Of a stretch of 64,000 bases of DNA, positions 44,921-59,532 are shown in pieces (the first letter of the stretch is position 1; each line of letters starts with the position of its first letter). The notes under the pieces were generated by a model. That model worked only from the letters and a program-made list of their open reading frames with translations, ran no database searches and had not been told where the DNA came from. Source of the stretch: the human T2T-CHM13v2.0 reference genome, Homo sapiens; NCBI RefSeq assembly GCF_009914755.1, contig NC_060926.1; one strand, written 5' to 3'. The position numbers and the translations under genes were made by a program.

Positions 44921-45909
44921 TTCCTAACTCAGAGGTATTCTGAACAAAAAAGGTTTTGTGCACAGATGCCTTTAGGAAACACTGGGCTAAACAAAGGTAA
45001 GTGGCTTTCTTGACTGCAGGACTTCTAGAGCTTCATTTGCCACAGTGGTTTAAGTGCAAAGTTAGGGGCATTGGATGTACTGTTGCCTAGACTTTGTGGC
45101 CACCGGACCATCTTGTGAACCAAATGACTTAATATCTGGAGGTATAAAGAACACTGCGTGGAATAGGGTTATCGGTGTCAGGCATCTGAATTTGAAACAT
45201 GGCACTGCTGTCTTTGGAATGTTGGCTCAGCCTCTTGAGTTTGCTTATTTGTAAAATGTGGAGCCCTGCCTTCTTAGGATGTTGTGTGCATTAAATAATT
45301 CATGTTGAGGGCTTCGGTGCATTCCCAGACATGTTGAAGGTTCAGGAATGTGCCTGTCCAGGAACGTGTCCTAGCGCTTGCGGGGGGCTTTCACCTTCCC
45401 AGGAGGTGACGTGGTTATTTTGTCTTGTGAGGTAGGTAGGACACGTTATCATGGACCCCTCTTTACTGATAAAAGATTGAGATGCCATGAGGTAAAGTTG
45501 TTCTTCGCTATAGCTTCAGGTTAGTCATGATTTTAGTCATTTATTTTACGTTCACTTTTCCAGAGAAACATGGACGTATCTGGCTCCAAGATGCTGATTC
45601 TAGTTAGTAATGGTGCTGATCCAAGAATTGGTTTCCATGGCAGGCACGCCTCTTCTGGGCTGCTCCATTCCTACCTGCAAGGCTGGGTTTTCTCAGCCTG
45701 TCATTTTTGATGTCACACCAGGCTGTGGTTTTCATTGCTTTGGCAGAGGGAGGTACAGAGTCGTGGAGTCGGGACAGGTGAGCAAGGAGGAGAGAGGAAA
45801 CTGAAGGTGCACAGTCTGTCTCCAAGTCCTCCTGATATTTTTAGCCTTTTGATAACATAAATAGCTGTTCGATCAGTAACACCATGTGTCCTTTTATTTG
45901 TCTCTGCAG

Positions 45910-46032
45910 ACATTTTGCTGTCAGCTGGAAGAGCTGATCTGCTGGCTGTATAATGTTGCAGATGTTACTGACCACGGGACTGCAGCCAGGTCCAATCTTA
46001 CAAGTCTCAAGTCTTCTCTGCAGCTTTACCGG
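45910..46032 (+). CDS. CEP68: CEP68 exon 4 (aa 629-669; start of C-terminal spectrin-repeat-like region)
   Basis: Acceptor tctctgcag|ACA, peptide TFCCQLEELICWLYNVAD...LQLYR, donor CGG|GTAATA; 123 nt, phase 0. Confidence 0.95.
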
Positions 46033-46725
46033 GTAATATGCGGTCCTGGCTCTGGCTTGTTCCCTCACAAGAGTGTGGCTAAATTACTCGATTACAAAGT
46101 AAAATCTCAAATAACCAATGTCTGGTATGTTATAGCTCAGTTGACTATTATACCTGAAATCTAATTAGAGCTTCACATTCTTAAAGCGGAACGCTTTGTA
46201 AAATGCATGAATTATTTCCCAGGCCAAATGGAGCTTGAAGATACAATATATTTATCTCAAATCAAAAATACTTTAGGTTTTGGGCTGGCAGGTGCAGTGG
46301 GACAAGTCTTTTATCCCAGCTACTCTGGAAGCTGAGACAGGAAGATTGCTTGAGCCCAGGAGTTCGAGTACAGCCTGAGCAACATAGCAAGACCCCCCCC
46401 CCTCAAAAAAAAGTTTTTTCTTAATTAAAAACAAAAATACTTTAGGGTGATTTGCAATATAATTTTCCAAATGTCTCAGGGATTATAAATACAGACTTGC
46501 ACTATTATGATGCCTCTAGTTATGTATGGCTATTGAAGTAAAATTAAAGACTCAGATTTTTTTATTTGCACTAGCCACATTCTGCATGTTCAACCATCAC
46601 ATTTGTCTAGTGGCTACCACGTAGAACAGTGCAGATGTAGAACACTTCCATCACCACATAAAGTCCTATTGGACTGCACCACTATTTAAAGATCTGAGCT
46701 GAAATTGTACTGACTCCAGAATCTA

Positions 46726-47026
<301 letters not shown>

Positions 47027-47630
47027 TCAAAAAACAAACAAAAACTCTGACGTCAGTTTGTGTGCGTGTGTATGTATTTGGGTTTGGTTTTAGTTTTCTT
47101 GTTTCTTTTTCATTAAGATTTTGTTATTTTGAAAATACTAATGTGGATTTTTGTTAACTTGGTCCTAGATTTAGGATGACTGCGTCCCAGTTTGTGCCTG
47201 TTGTTCTGGCATAATAATAGGTCCCCTTTCAGTCTCAGAAGTGTCCTGAATTGGAGGATAAATTATATAGTTGTCATCCCTAAGTCTAACGTTAACCTTG
47301 GCTGAACTCCTGCCTTCTAGCATATCTGGTTGGCTGCACCTTTCTAATCTCTTCATGAAGAAGCAGAGGGATATCCATGGTCTGAGCCTGAGGCTAGTCT
47401 GGAAGGAGTTTTCTAAAACAATTCTTTGAATTCCTACAACCTTATAACCTGACCATATCTTCAGCAGCAGAGGACACAATTTACATGTGCTTGGGCCAGG
47501 GCTGAGCTGACTGAGGGCCTTCCTGGGACCGTACTCCAGCTAGAGGAAGGGAGGGGCTTTGTTTTCCAACTTGGGGCCAACTAAAGTGTAGGGAGGAGCC
47601 TTGCTTGACCTGGGCAGGCTGGGCCAGCTG

Positions 47631-47757
47631 CTCCACCCTACTGGGAATGCTGTTTCCTGCAGTGTGGAGAGAGGTTGCTTTGAGTTCCTCACTTTGAGGA
47701 ACTCCACAATGAGTTCCTCTCCACACTGCAGGAAACAGCATTCCCACTAGGGTGGAG
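47631..47757. repeat. Inverted repeat, 41-bp arms (40/41 complementary), 45-bp spacer
   Basis: 47631-47671 versus reverse complement of 47717-47757, read directly. Confidence 0.95.
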
Positions 47758-48397
47758 TGAGCTTGAGGAAGGAGAGAAAGGCTGACTCCAAGGGTCCTGT
47801 ATGCAGACTCCACGTGCATGCACGCAGCTGTGCAGGGCCCAGGACCAGTACCACTACAGAGAGAGGAAGCTGCCCTGGTAGACCTAGCTTAGTGGCCTTT
47901 CCTGGCTTGTCAGAGCAGGTGCAAACAGAATAATTCCATCCCTCCGTCTTATCCCTCCTGCCAGCCTTCTGTACCTCAGCTTCTAGGCTAGACGGAAACA
48001 ACCAGCTTGCTTTGTAGGTAGAGCTGAGATTTGAGCTGGGAGTCACTCGTGCAGGTCAGTGAGGCATAGGCCTCTTGTGTCACCCATACAGCTGTCACAA
48101 AGTGGGACTGTACTGCTAGCCCCTTGCCCGCACAGAATTGTGCATGGCTCATGCGTATGTGTGTGCTATCTTGACTCCTGCTTGGATTAAGACCTAGTAT
48201 AAGCGAGCGTGTCTGTGTTCACATATTTTAACTGTGACTCATTTTCTTATATACTTGTATTTTGTCTTAACACGGGGTTGCAGCAGCACATAAACCACAC
48301 TACAGTACTAGAGAATAAAATAATAAGTATAGGTATCAGGGTAAAGGAAAACTGAAGACAGGAAAATAGTAAATCCAAGGGTAAAACTATCACTTCA

Positions 48398-48559
<162 letters not shown>

Positions 48560-48616
48560 TTATAAAAATCAGTCACCAAGTTCTACACCTTGCACTAAAG
48601 GTGGTCATGGATTTGA

Positions 48617-48976
<360 letters not shown>

Positions 48977-49497
48977 TAGCCAAGAGGGGAAAGCAAATGA
49001 GTTGCTTGGGAAACTCACAGCTTCTCAGATGTTGAGGTAGTTACCCCTGTGGTCTGCACAGAGCAAAGACATGGAGGGAGGAGCAGAGGTAGAGACAGTG
49101 GCTCCCTGCGGTCAGTTTAATGGCAGATCTCCTGTGGTCCATTAGAATGGAATAAATTCTGAGACTCCCATAGCCCTGAATTAAAAGAGAACCCCATGAG
49201 GTGAGGGCGCTAGAAGGAGACCCTAACTCCAAGCTGTTTGTGAGCCAGCCTCTGTCAGGGAAGATGCTTCTGATGTCAAACTAAACAGGAAAAACTACTG
49301 ACTCTATTTACCTTGGGTTCAAAGAAGCTGAAGTTAAACTGTTGCACTGTTTACTTGGGGAATTCTGCAGACCTGATGGGGTGAATCTTACACATTAGAG
49401 GGGAATAAGGCTTCCCTACATGCTGTGCTTTTCAAATAACGTTTACAAAACAATAGTAACGAAGCTTCTGCCTTTTCTTTTTCTGATACGCCTTAAG

Positions 49498-49594
49498 CAA
49501 TTTAAGAAAGATATAGATGAACATCAGTCTCTGACGGAGAGTGTCTTACAGAAGGGGGAGATTCTTCTTCAGTGCCTGTTGGAGAACACCCCAG
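49498..49594 (+). CDS. CEP68: CEP68 exon 5 (aa 670-701 plus 1 nt)
   Basis: Acceptor ccttaag|CAA, peptide QFKKDIDEHQSLTESVLQKGEILLQCLLENTP, donor CAG|GTGAGA; 97 nt. Confidence 0.92.
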
Positions 49595-50869
49595 GTGAGA
49601 TGCTTAAGGTTTTGGATTTAGCCAGAGCTTAATCCCTGTCAGCAGCAGGCCCAGGGACCGCACTATCCCTGGTAAGGAGCTGGTACCACAAGAGCCCCTG
49701 CCCACACCCACTGCCCGAGATGCCCCATGCCCCATCTGCCAGCTCCACGCGTCGCTGCCCATCACTGCCCCTACACACCTGCTTAGAGGCAGTCATGGTT
49801 ATAAAACCAAGCCCATTACAAATTAGGCATTGAGCCTGCAAGAATGACGCTGTCTTTTGCTTCTGCTTTTGTATTTTTCTGGTGGTAGTCTGGGTAGGAA
49901 TCCTAGTATTAATCCACCATCCTTAGTTTGTGGCTAGGGTATTTAGTGGGTATCCCTTTGGTTCCCCACCTTACCTAGCCCAGGTTGAATTCCTCTCTGA
50001 TTATCTGCCTTGTGTCCTGCTTTGGGGAAATAGTTGTTTCAGAAAAGGATTGTATTGCTCAAAAGTATCTGAGGACAGTCAGTCTGTCCTCAGGGAACAG
50101 ATTGAATGAAGAACTGATGAGAGGGGACAGGGTGGCAGTAGTGTGCAAACCAAGCTCAAGCCCCTTTTTGTTTTGTTTTGCTTTTGAGATGGAGTTTCGC
50201 TCTTGTTGCCAAGGCTGGAGTGCAGTGGTGCCATCTTGGCTCACCGCAAGTTCACCTGCCTCCCAGGTTCAAGTGATTCTTCTGCCTCAGCCTCCTGAGT
50301 AGCTGGGATTACAGGCATGCGCCACCATGCCCGGCTATTTTTTTTGTGTTTTTAGTACAGATGAGGTTTCTCCATGTTGGTCAGGCCTGTCTTGAACTCC
50401 CTATCTCAGGTGATTCGCCTGCCTCAGCCTCCCAGAGTGCTGGGATTACAGGCGTGAGCCACTGCACCCAGCCACTTGAGCCCATTTTGTAGGATGGGTT
50501 CCCCATTTAGGAAAGTGAAAATCACAGACCTCAGGCATGTATCTAAGCATGCTGGGTGCCAAGGATTTACAGTTTTCATTGTCTTTACAGGACGAGGGCA
50601 TGGGGGATGAGGATATGATAGGGAGGATGAGCTAAGAGAATGGTAGGGTAAAGCCTTGAACTGATGGCAGCCCCTAATTTCCTGCAAGACTGTAAATCAA
50701 GTGCTGACAGCCTGCCTATATTATGCCTCATTTTACATTTTTGAGTGAGATGGGATTTATACTGGAATACAACCGCCGAAGCAAAGCTGGGCAGGTCCCA
50801 CGGGCTTGAGAGGCAATGAGGAGGCACTTTCCTGACCAGCATGGTGGGCAGGTGCATACCGTGAAGGGT

Positions 50870-51070
50870 GTACAGCAGGATTTCTCAGCCTTGGCGCTTT
50901 TGCCATATTGGCCGCATGATTTTGTGGGGAATTGTCCTATGCATTGCAGGATGTTTAGCAGCACCCCTGGCCCCAGTAAATCCCTGCTTCCCCCACAGTT
51001 GTGACAACCCAAAATGTTTCTACACATTGCTAAGTGTACCCTGGGAAGAAAAATCTCTAGGGTTGAGAGG
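50870..51070. mobile_element. MER20-type hAT element
   Basis: gtcctatgcattgcaggatgtttagcagcacccctggcc...gttgtgacaacccaaaatgtttc. Confidence 0.75.
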
Positions 51071-51602
51071 CATCAGTGGACAGGGACCACTGAATAGTTT
51101 TCAGCAGGTAAGTGATTCTCTAGTGTGAATTATATGAGCTCTTTGCAATCCCCTGCCCTTTTAAGGCCTTTGTTTTGGCTCTTCTGGCATTTTCACTAGG
51201 GTTCTTAGATTTTTTATTGGGGCAGAAATTCCATGTGCCAAGCTCCTTTGCTGCATGTAATTTACACCAGCATTTTACTGAAGCAGTTGGCACATCAGTG
51301 TTCTCCATTTAATCACAGCCCTGTGAGATGGATAGTTGTGGATTTGCCACAGGCCACAGGAGAAGTGGCAGCCTGGCAGAGCCCCTGGGCACTGGCTTTC
51401 CGCAGCTTCCCAGTGTCTGGAGGTGCAGAGGCCTGAGCGGCTCCTCTCTTCACAGAGGCCATGTGTAAAAGTAGGCCTCTAGTCCGGACACGGTGGTTCA
51501 CGCCTGTAATCCCAGCACTTTGGGAGGCCAAGGTGGGCAGATCACCTGAGATCGGGAGTTTGAGACCAGCCTGACCAACATGGAGAAACCCCGTCTCTAC
51601 TA

Positions 51603-51761
<159 letters not shown>

Positions 51762-52246
51762 TCAAAAAAAAAAAAGGCCTCTTAAAAGCTTCAGGTTTTT
51801 TGACCTTCATTTTAAAATCAATTTAATAATACTTTTCTGTGCTTAGTCCCACTTTGCTCTCTCAAGAGGTTTTTCACTGGCTTTGGGGTTTTCTTTGGTT
51901 TTCAGATATGTATCCAGGCTCTTTCAGATTGACACACAGCCCTTCCCCATCCATCTGCTTGAAATAATCAGGAATGTGGCTGTTTCCCCCTTGAGACGTC
52001 AGTGTCTGTCTCCAGCGGGTGCAAAACTTAACTTTTCTTCCGCCAGGAGCATGCTGTCAAAAGTCCATAGAGCCAGCCTACAAACATGTTTTGTTCCAGT
52101 CCTTCCCAACTTCTTTTATTTGGCCCCAACCAAACATTCTGACAGTCTAAATAAAAGTTCAAAAGCGTCCGTGCGCAGTGGCTCACGCCTGTAATCTCAA
52201 CACTTTGGGAGGCCAAGCGGGCAGATCACCTGAGGGCAGGAGTTCA

Positions 52247-52471
<225 letters not shown>

Positions 52472-53344
52472 TCAAAAACATAAAGTTGTCCCTGAACCAA
52501 TGTTTCTGTGACATCGCACAAGAAGACTGGGCAAAGGTCTAATGAAACCAGAGGGGTTAGCCAGCTGCGGTGGCTCATGCCTGTAATCCCAGCACTTTGG
52601 GAGGCCAAGGCGGGTGGATCACCTGAGGTCAGGAGTTCGAGACCAGCCTGGCCAGCATGACGAAACCCTGTCTCTACTAAAAATACAAATATTAGCCGGG
52701 CGTGGTGGTGGGCGCCAGTAATTCCAACTACTGGGGAGGATGAGGCAGGAGAATCGCTTGAACCTGGGAGGCGGAGGTTTTAGTGAGCCGAGATTTGTGC
52801 CGCTGCACTCCAGCCTGGGTGACAGAGTGAGACTCCATCTCAAAAAAAAAAAAAGAAACTGGAGGGTAGAACCCAGCCCAGCCACCCTTACAGCCAAGCT
52901 TTACCGTGCGCCTGACTGCAATCCTCTGCCACACTCTGCCAACTCTCTTTGTGGACAGCACTTTGCCCTGATGACACCGCACTGATGTGGCTTCCCTAGG
53001 AGATCTCAATACAGCCAGCCTGTGTTCCTTCTCCTTCTACTCATCCAGTCAGCATTGTCTGCAGATAAGCTTCCCCTTTCCCTTCCTCTACTGACAGATG
53101 TTACAGCTGTGGCAGGAAACTAGGGAGAGTATAAGCACAGCTGATAAAGGTGCAGGAAACTAAGACAGCCTTTGTGCTTAACAAAAATAAATTTTTGAAA
53201 AAAGAAAGAAAAAAGCCTGCTGTGTGAGATGCACTCTGACCCTAGCCCATCCCTTCCTCACATGAACAACAATTCTGACACTGCGGGAGTGAATCTTCCC
53301 TTAGACTGCTTTCGGGTCATTTTTTTGTTTTGTTTTGTTTTTGA

Positions 53345-53503
<159 letters not shown>

Positions 53504-54163
53504 TAGTAGAGACGGGGTTTCTCCATGTTGGTCAGGCTGGTCTCCAACTCCTGACCTCAGGCAATCCATCCGCCTTGGCCTCCCAAAGTGTTGTTGGGAT
53601 TACAGGCGTGAGCCACTGCGCCTGGCCAGGTCATTTTCTTTTTCAGTCTGTTCACTGAGGCCCACAAAACAAAGGGTCTCAAGCACTCCCAAATCTATTA
53701 CAGACCACCCATGTGACATAACATTCTTCCCAGCCAATAGAAACTGATAGACCTGGTAGCAGGGGTAAGCATCTGAACCTTGGCATGTCGTTTTATTTAA
53801 GCCTTATGCCCAAGAGGATCTGGATGTGCCCTTACAGAGATACCTGTCTTACCTCTAAAGTCAGGTAATACCAGCCATCAGAAAACCATAATATCTCTGT
53901 GCCCTTCTGTGAATTACGTAATTTCAAAGTGGGGTCAGTGAGTTCTTTTCTTAGCTTTAATCAGAAGTTAACAACATAGGTTCTCCAGTGCAACAGAAGT
54001 CCCTGGAGAATCACTGTTAAAAAAGGGCAGACATTCAGAAACTACTGCCAGGTCCTACTTTGTGTAAAATACTATACCCTTGTATGTTCTTTTGAAAATG
54101 CTTACTGGACAACACTTGCATGGGTTTTATTTCTGGTTTAATTTCTTTGAACCTCATTGTTAG

Positions 54164-54333
54164 TTTTAGAGGATGTCCTTGGGAGGATCGCAAAGCAGTC
54201 TGGTGAGCTGGAGAGCCACGCAGATCGCCTGTATGACTCTATCTTGGCCTCTCTGGACATGCTGGCTGGCTGCACCCTTATCCCTGACAAAAAGCCCATG
54301 GCGGCAATGGAGCACCCATGTGAAGGGGTTTAA
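54164..54333 (+). CDS. CEP68: CEP68 exon 6 coding part (aa 702-757, stop TAA 54331-54333; exon ends 54337)
   Basis: Acceptor ttgttag|TT, peptide VLEDVLGRIAKQSGELESHADRLYDSILASLDMLAGCTLIPDKKPMAAMEHPCEGV*. The summed CDS is 757 aa, the known CEP68 length. Donor CTG|GTAAGT lies 4 nt after the stop. Confidence 0.93.
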
Positions 54334-57154
54334 CCTGGTAAGTGGAGGAACTCAAAAAGAAAATTTGCCCACCAACCCTGCTGTAACAGTTGGCCACTAC
54401 TTAGAAGCTTGTTGAGCCAAGAACTATTATTTAAACAAATGAGATACTGGAAGAAGACAGCCAATGGTACTAAAAAAGGAGTTGCTGGTCTTCCTATGAT
54501 GATGAAGGCTCACTGCGGTGCTTTCCATTACTGTTCACCCCTGCTGCCTGCTGAGGATGAGGGTGCCTCTGTGCTGCCATTTCTATGGCACTTTCTTCAC
54601 CACCAACCCTGCCATCCCAAGACAAGAGCAGCACAACTTATCTGTACACCTACTTTATTTCTGCACAGGTACACTTTTCCAGTATGGGGCCATGACCTGG
54701 CCACCCCTGTTCTGCAGGATCTTCTCCCCAGCTCATTTGGTACTCCATCTCCAAGCATCTCTGACAGCACCAAGTGCTTAGAGAAACCCAGAGTTACTGA
54801 TAACTTTGCACCACCACCCCTGCCCTGCACAAAGGGTCTCCACATATCTCCCACACCACTCCCTTCCAAAAAGGCTAGGGGGATGGAGGGGTTAAAGACA
54901 CCTTGGAGACTTAACTGGTAGTACAACTTTCTTTTGCTCCCTTGAGAAAGTCAAACAGAATGACAGAAAAGGAGCTAGGAGAGCAAAGGTGGGTGTGTCC
55001 ACCACAGAGTTGCTACTGCCAATGCTTTTCATAATTCTGCAATTGGACTGTCGTACGTCGCTCCTACAACAAAATGTTTGTAGTGCTTAACTCATAGATT
55101 TTCTAGGTGAGCACTATAGGTATGCTAAGAGCAGGGAGTCCCTGTGTTTTTATCAGAGCAACTGTGAGACGTCATCTTGGTTCTAAAATGAATGCAGGGG
55201 ACTGCTGTTGTCGTTTCTTCCTCTACAACATTATGCCTGTAACAAATGCTGCCTTTTCTCTTTCAGGCATCTTCTCAGGCAGAGGTGCAACCTGTCGGCC
55301 AAACACTGGCTAGTGAGAAAAAAAACCTTCAAGAAGTCCTTGCAAGAGCCATTCAACACTGAAGTCAAGGGGGAAACCTTCAATATACTAGCTTTAAAAT
55401 GCCTTTCTCCTCCCTGAATGGAGGGCTGAGTTACTATTTTTATTTACAATGAATCCTTCCAAACTAAGGTTTTCCTTTTGGTGCTTCTCCACAAAGAGCG
55501 TGTAGCTTTGCAATTTTTGATAAAGTAAGACGTGTTGCCTTCCCCTCTATCCCATTAAAAAAGAGCAGATAAAGCTCAAACTATTCCACCTGGTAGGGTC
55601 ATTTACCAAGGGCTGGTAGGAGATTCCGAATACTCAATATTCTCAGGCATGCAAGAGGACCTAAGAGACTGAAAAAAGTGAATTGTTGGCCAGAAACCTT
55701 GGGTCTTTTCATAAAAGGAAATTTGGGCTTGTCAATCCCTCTTTAAAGATATAGGTAGAAAGAAGAGATTTTTAACCCTTTGTCTGCAAAAGAAAAAGGG
55801 TTAAATGAAGCATCTATACAGATGACTTTGGGAGATTATGACACCTTTTGCCATCTTCAGGGCTTACGTCTTTACTTTCTTGGCTAACCAGTTTCTTAGA
55901 AGAAAATGTGTCAGGGACTTGGGGATCTACAATCATGCTTTAGCATGGCTATGGAGCTAATTATCAAGCTTAAAGGGTAACTTTGGGAGGACTCCTCCCT
56001 TCACTCCTAGTCTCCCTTGGAAGAGCAGTCCAGGCTCAGGGAAGGGAACGGATAGGATGACACAGTAAGTACAGAAACTGAAGCTGTCAATAGTGAAGGA
56101 AAAAGGGGAATTCTTCGTTGCTTTGGCATTGACACATAAGTACTTTGATTAAAAAAAAAAAAAACTATGGATCAACCATTCAAAGCATCAATTCTATAGC
56201 TTTTTGCAGCAAGATGATCAGTTATTGCTGGTAACTGCAGATTCTACAGAAAAGCACTTTTAAAGTTCTGTTGGGCCATGAATGAACCTGGAAGGAGGAA
56301 AGCACAGTAACAATGGAAACTAAAGTCCTATTATTAATGTGACTTTTCTGCTTCAGAATTTCTGAGACTTTATAGTCACTGGAAAATAGCCATTAAATTC
56401 TTTAAAGATTAGCTCTTCAACAGTAGCTACACATAAAATGCAGTATTTCAAGTGCCTGATGCTGCTGTGGTATGCTTTATCATAATGCTTAAGGGCATGA
56501 TCAAAATTAAAATGGCTTATGAGTTTGCCATATTAATCATCTTAGTTCCATACACACTGAGACTTTAAAAGGGAAAAACCACTCTAGCAAATAATTGTCA
56601 ATTATAAACCTGTATGTAAAACATTCTTGAAAACCTAGAGTTGGTTAAAAAGGTAGAGATGTCTGACGGCCTCTTCTTAAATTGATATATTTTACCTTCT
56701 CTTAGATGTACATTTATAAGTAGGAACATGTCCTTCCACTGAGTATGTTACTGAATAGCCCTTAGGAAATTAAACCCATTTATTTACTAATATTTGACAG
56801 GCATAGAAGTGTATTAATTAGCATAAAAGTTGGAGATGAAAACCCTATAGAAACAAATTGGCCAATATTATACTAATTGAATGCAGAATGTGGCATTCTA
56901 TTCCCATTCAACTAATAATCAGCTTCAACTGACAGGAATTTGCACAGAATGTTACACAATACCCTGTTTCCCAAGAAAGTACTACCTTACCTAGAGATGA
57001 TCTAAGATATTTTTGTTCATCCTCTGAATAAGGTGAGACTAAAGGGTGCTAACTCCCTGGACCTGGCTGTGAATGCTACTGAAGAGTATCAACACAACTG
57101 TTAATTATACCGCCGTGCTTTAAGTTTAAGACTTACCTTAAAACTCAAGCTGAA

Positions 57155-57498
<344 letters not shown>

Positions 57499-58500
57499 CT
57501 ATGAGCAAACATGGCCAAATTAGAGTCAAGTAGCTGAGCTTGCTAACTGCACTGTGATGCCACACTGGAATAACTTAGTAGTCCCTTAAAATTAATGGAA
57601 GTTAAATCCACAGGGAAGTGATGATACTCAAAGCTGGATCAGCAGTTTCAAGATCTGGGTTCTTGGAGATCCATAGGTAAGCTCAGCAAATGGAAGACGA
57701 CGTCAACACGGCTATTTTGAAGCTTAGGTGGGAATGGAACACAAAGAAGGTTTGAGGTAAGATATGCTGGAAAGGCAAGATGTAGGCTAAGGGAAATTCA
57801 ATCCAAGGTCGAAGAATAGGAAATTACTGCTCAGACCACAATGACTATCATTCTGAAAGGATTTCACAGAGTGTGCAGCTGCTTAGATTTAAGAACACTC
57901 TTCTTCACTATGTAAACTAATTTATGGCAGCACCTTATATTTAGAACAAGTGGTAATTCCCTTTACTAAGTGAACAGATTATTAAAACCTGTAGTAGCTT
58001 TGAACCGTTTGTACTTGAAAATGGGGGTATAAAGGGGTATATATTTTTTCCAGAACCACATTTATTGGCGTATACATAGAAGCAAATCTTAAGGCATGCT
58101 GAAATTTGTTGTAAATCCCAATCTTTACTGCCATGGGGAAAAGAACGCTGGAATTTTCCAAACTTAAGTCTGTAAATATGCTCATCTTAAGTTCATGTAA
58201 TGTTTCCGCTAACTCACCAAGAATAAGCTGACAATTTAAACAACTTTTACTCTGTAAAAATGAAGTGCACGGCATGGCATCACAGTATCTTGACATTTGT
58301 TTTGTGTCATTTAGCTACTTTAGAAAATAGTTTCTGAACTCTTTCCCCCTTTATACTGTATTAAGGCAAAAACAAAACTTCTGAAGCATTAAAGATCTTC
58401 ACCAAAATAACTATTGGTAACTTCAGGAATTTGTCAGTTGCCTTATGTGAGGATGAATAGATCCACCAAGCACGCCTATAATACAAAGTAAACTATGATT

Positions 58501-58506
58501 TTTATT
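58501..58506 (-). terminator. RAB1A: RAB1A distal polyadenylation signal
   Basis: TTTATT on + equals AATAAA on -. Upstream TGTA (taca 58554-58557) and downstream GU-rich sequence on the - strand. Confidence 0.7.
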
Positions 58507-58611
58507 GTGAAATTTTCATAGATGGAAAATTGAATATTCTGTCCATTTCATTTTACAATTATCTTACCACTTATTTTTGTACCATGTATTTCAATTGCCT
58601 GTTTAGTGAAA

Positions 58612-58652
58612 AATAAAAATTAAAAAAACCTATTCATTTTTGGCTTGTGTTT
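58612..58652 (+). terminator. CEP68: CEP68 polyadenylation signal
   Basis: AATAAA 58612-58617 and ATTAAA 58619-58624, upstream TGTA motifs (about 58578 and 58586), downstream TTTTTGGCTTGTGTTT. Confidence 0.75.
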
Positions 58653-59526
58653 AGCTTAAATTTTATCATTAAATTAAGGAGCCCACAACAAAATGTGTTG
58701 CCAGCAGCCATATCCCAAGCCCCTGCGTGAAGAATGTTTTGGCTGCTATTTCAACCTAAGGAAACAACGTTTGACCTCAGTCACCTTAAAATGCCAGTGT
58801 GGGCAGAAGATTTTTTATTCCTCACAATTAAAAACCAAACAAAACCCCCTAGGATCTTGAAGGTCCTATTTCAGAAAATCTTCATATATGCAAAATGTCA
58901 CCAAAATAAATACATTTGCCTCAATTATCATTACCACCCAGTATTCATGTTTTAATTTTTAGGGATATAATTTCTAAATTTAGAGCAATCAAATTTCCTG
59001 CTTCCTATCTTAATGCTTAAACCCTCCTCCAACACCAAGTTAAGCAACTGTGGAGGATAAAATAGTTGAATCTGACTGAAAGCATGGAAGAAAAACATTA
59101 GCACACATTAGTCTGATCATTTGCCAATTAGGAAAGGTGCTGCTTTCTACCTCTACCACAGATGCATTTATGAAATGTTGATCAATGAAGCTATTTCAAA
59201 TGGTTTTAGAGAAGGATCAGAGATAACGGGCTAGATAGCATACATTCTAAACTTGTTTTACATATAGTTTGAGCTCCCTGAACCACTGAAGTTGGTTAAA
59301 TCCCTACACAGCACAGAAGCCCCTCTAGGTCATGTTATTGGGCATATTATCTAGAAAGCAAATACTGGATGCTGCTCTAAGATAGGTCTAGAATACCTTA
59401 GTTTGCATTGTGCACACACAAATGGCTGTGTTGAATATAATGCAAGGCTCTATTTCCCTTTAACCATAAGAATCAAAACAATACTTATCACCATACAGTT
59501 TGATATTACTTCCAATAAGTACAATA

Positions 59527-59532
59527 TTTATT
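59527..59532 (-). terminator. RAB1A: RAB1A proximal polyadenylation signal
   Basis: AATAAA on - strand about 590 nt after the stop, preceded by two TGTA motifs (about 59555 and 59577). Confidence 0.65.

Noticed and set aside
54173-54921. 80-aa and 170-aa ORFs over CEP68 exon 6 and intron 6
   Set aside because: The first is an alternative frame of exon 6. The second is intronic, starts at TTG and has no recognisable homology.
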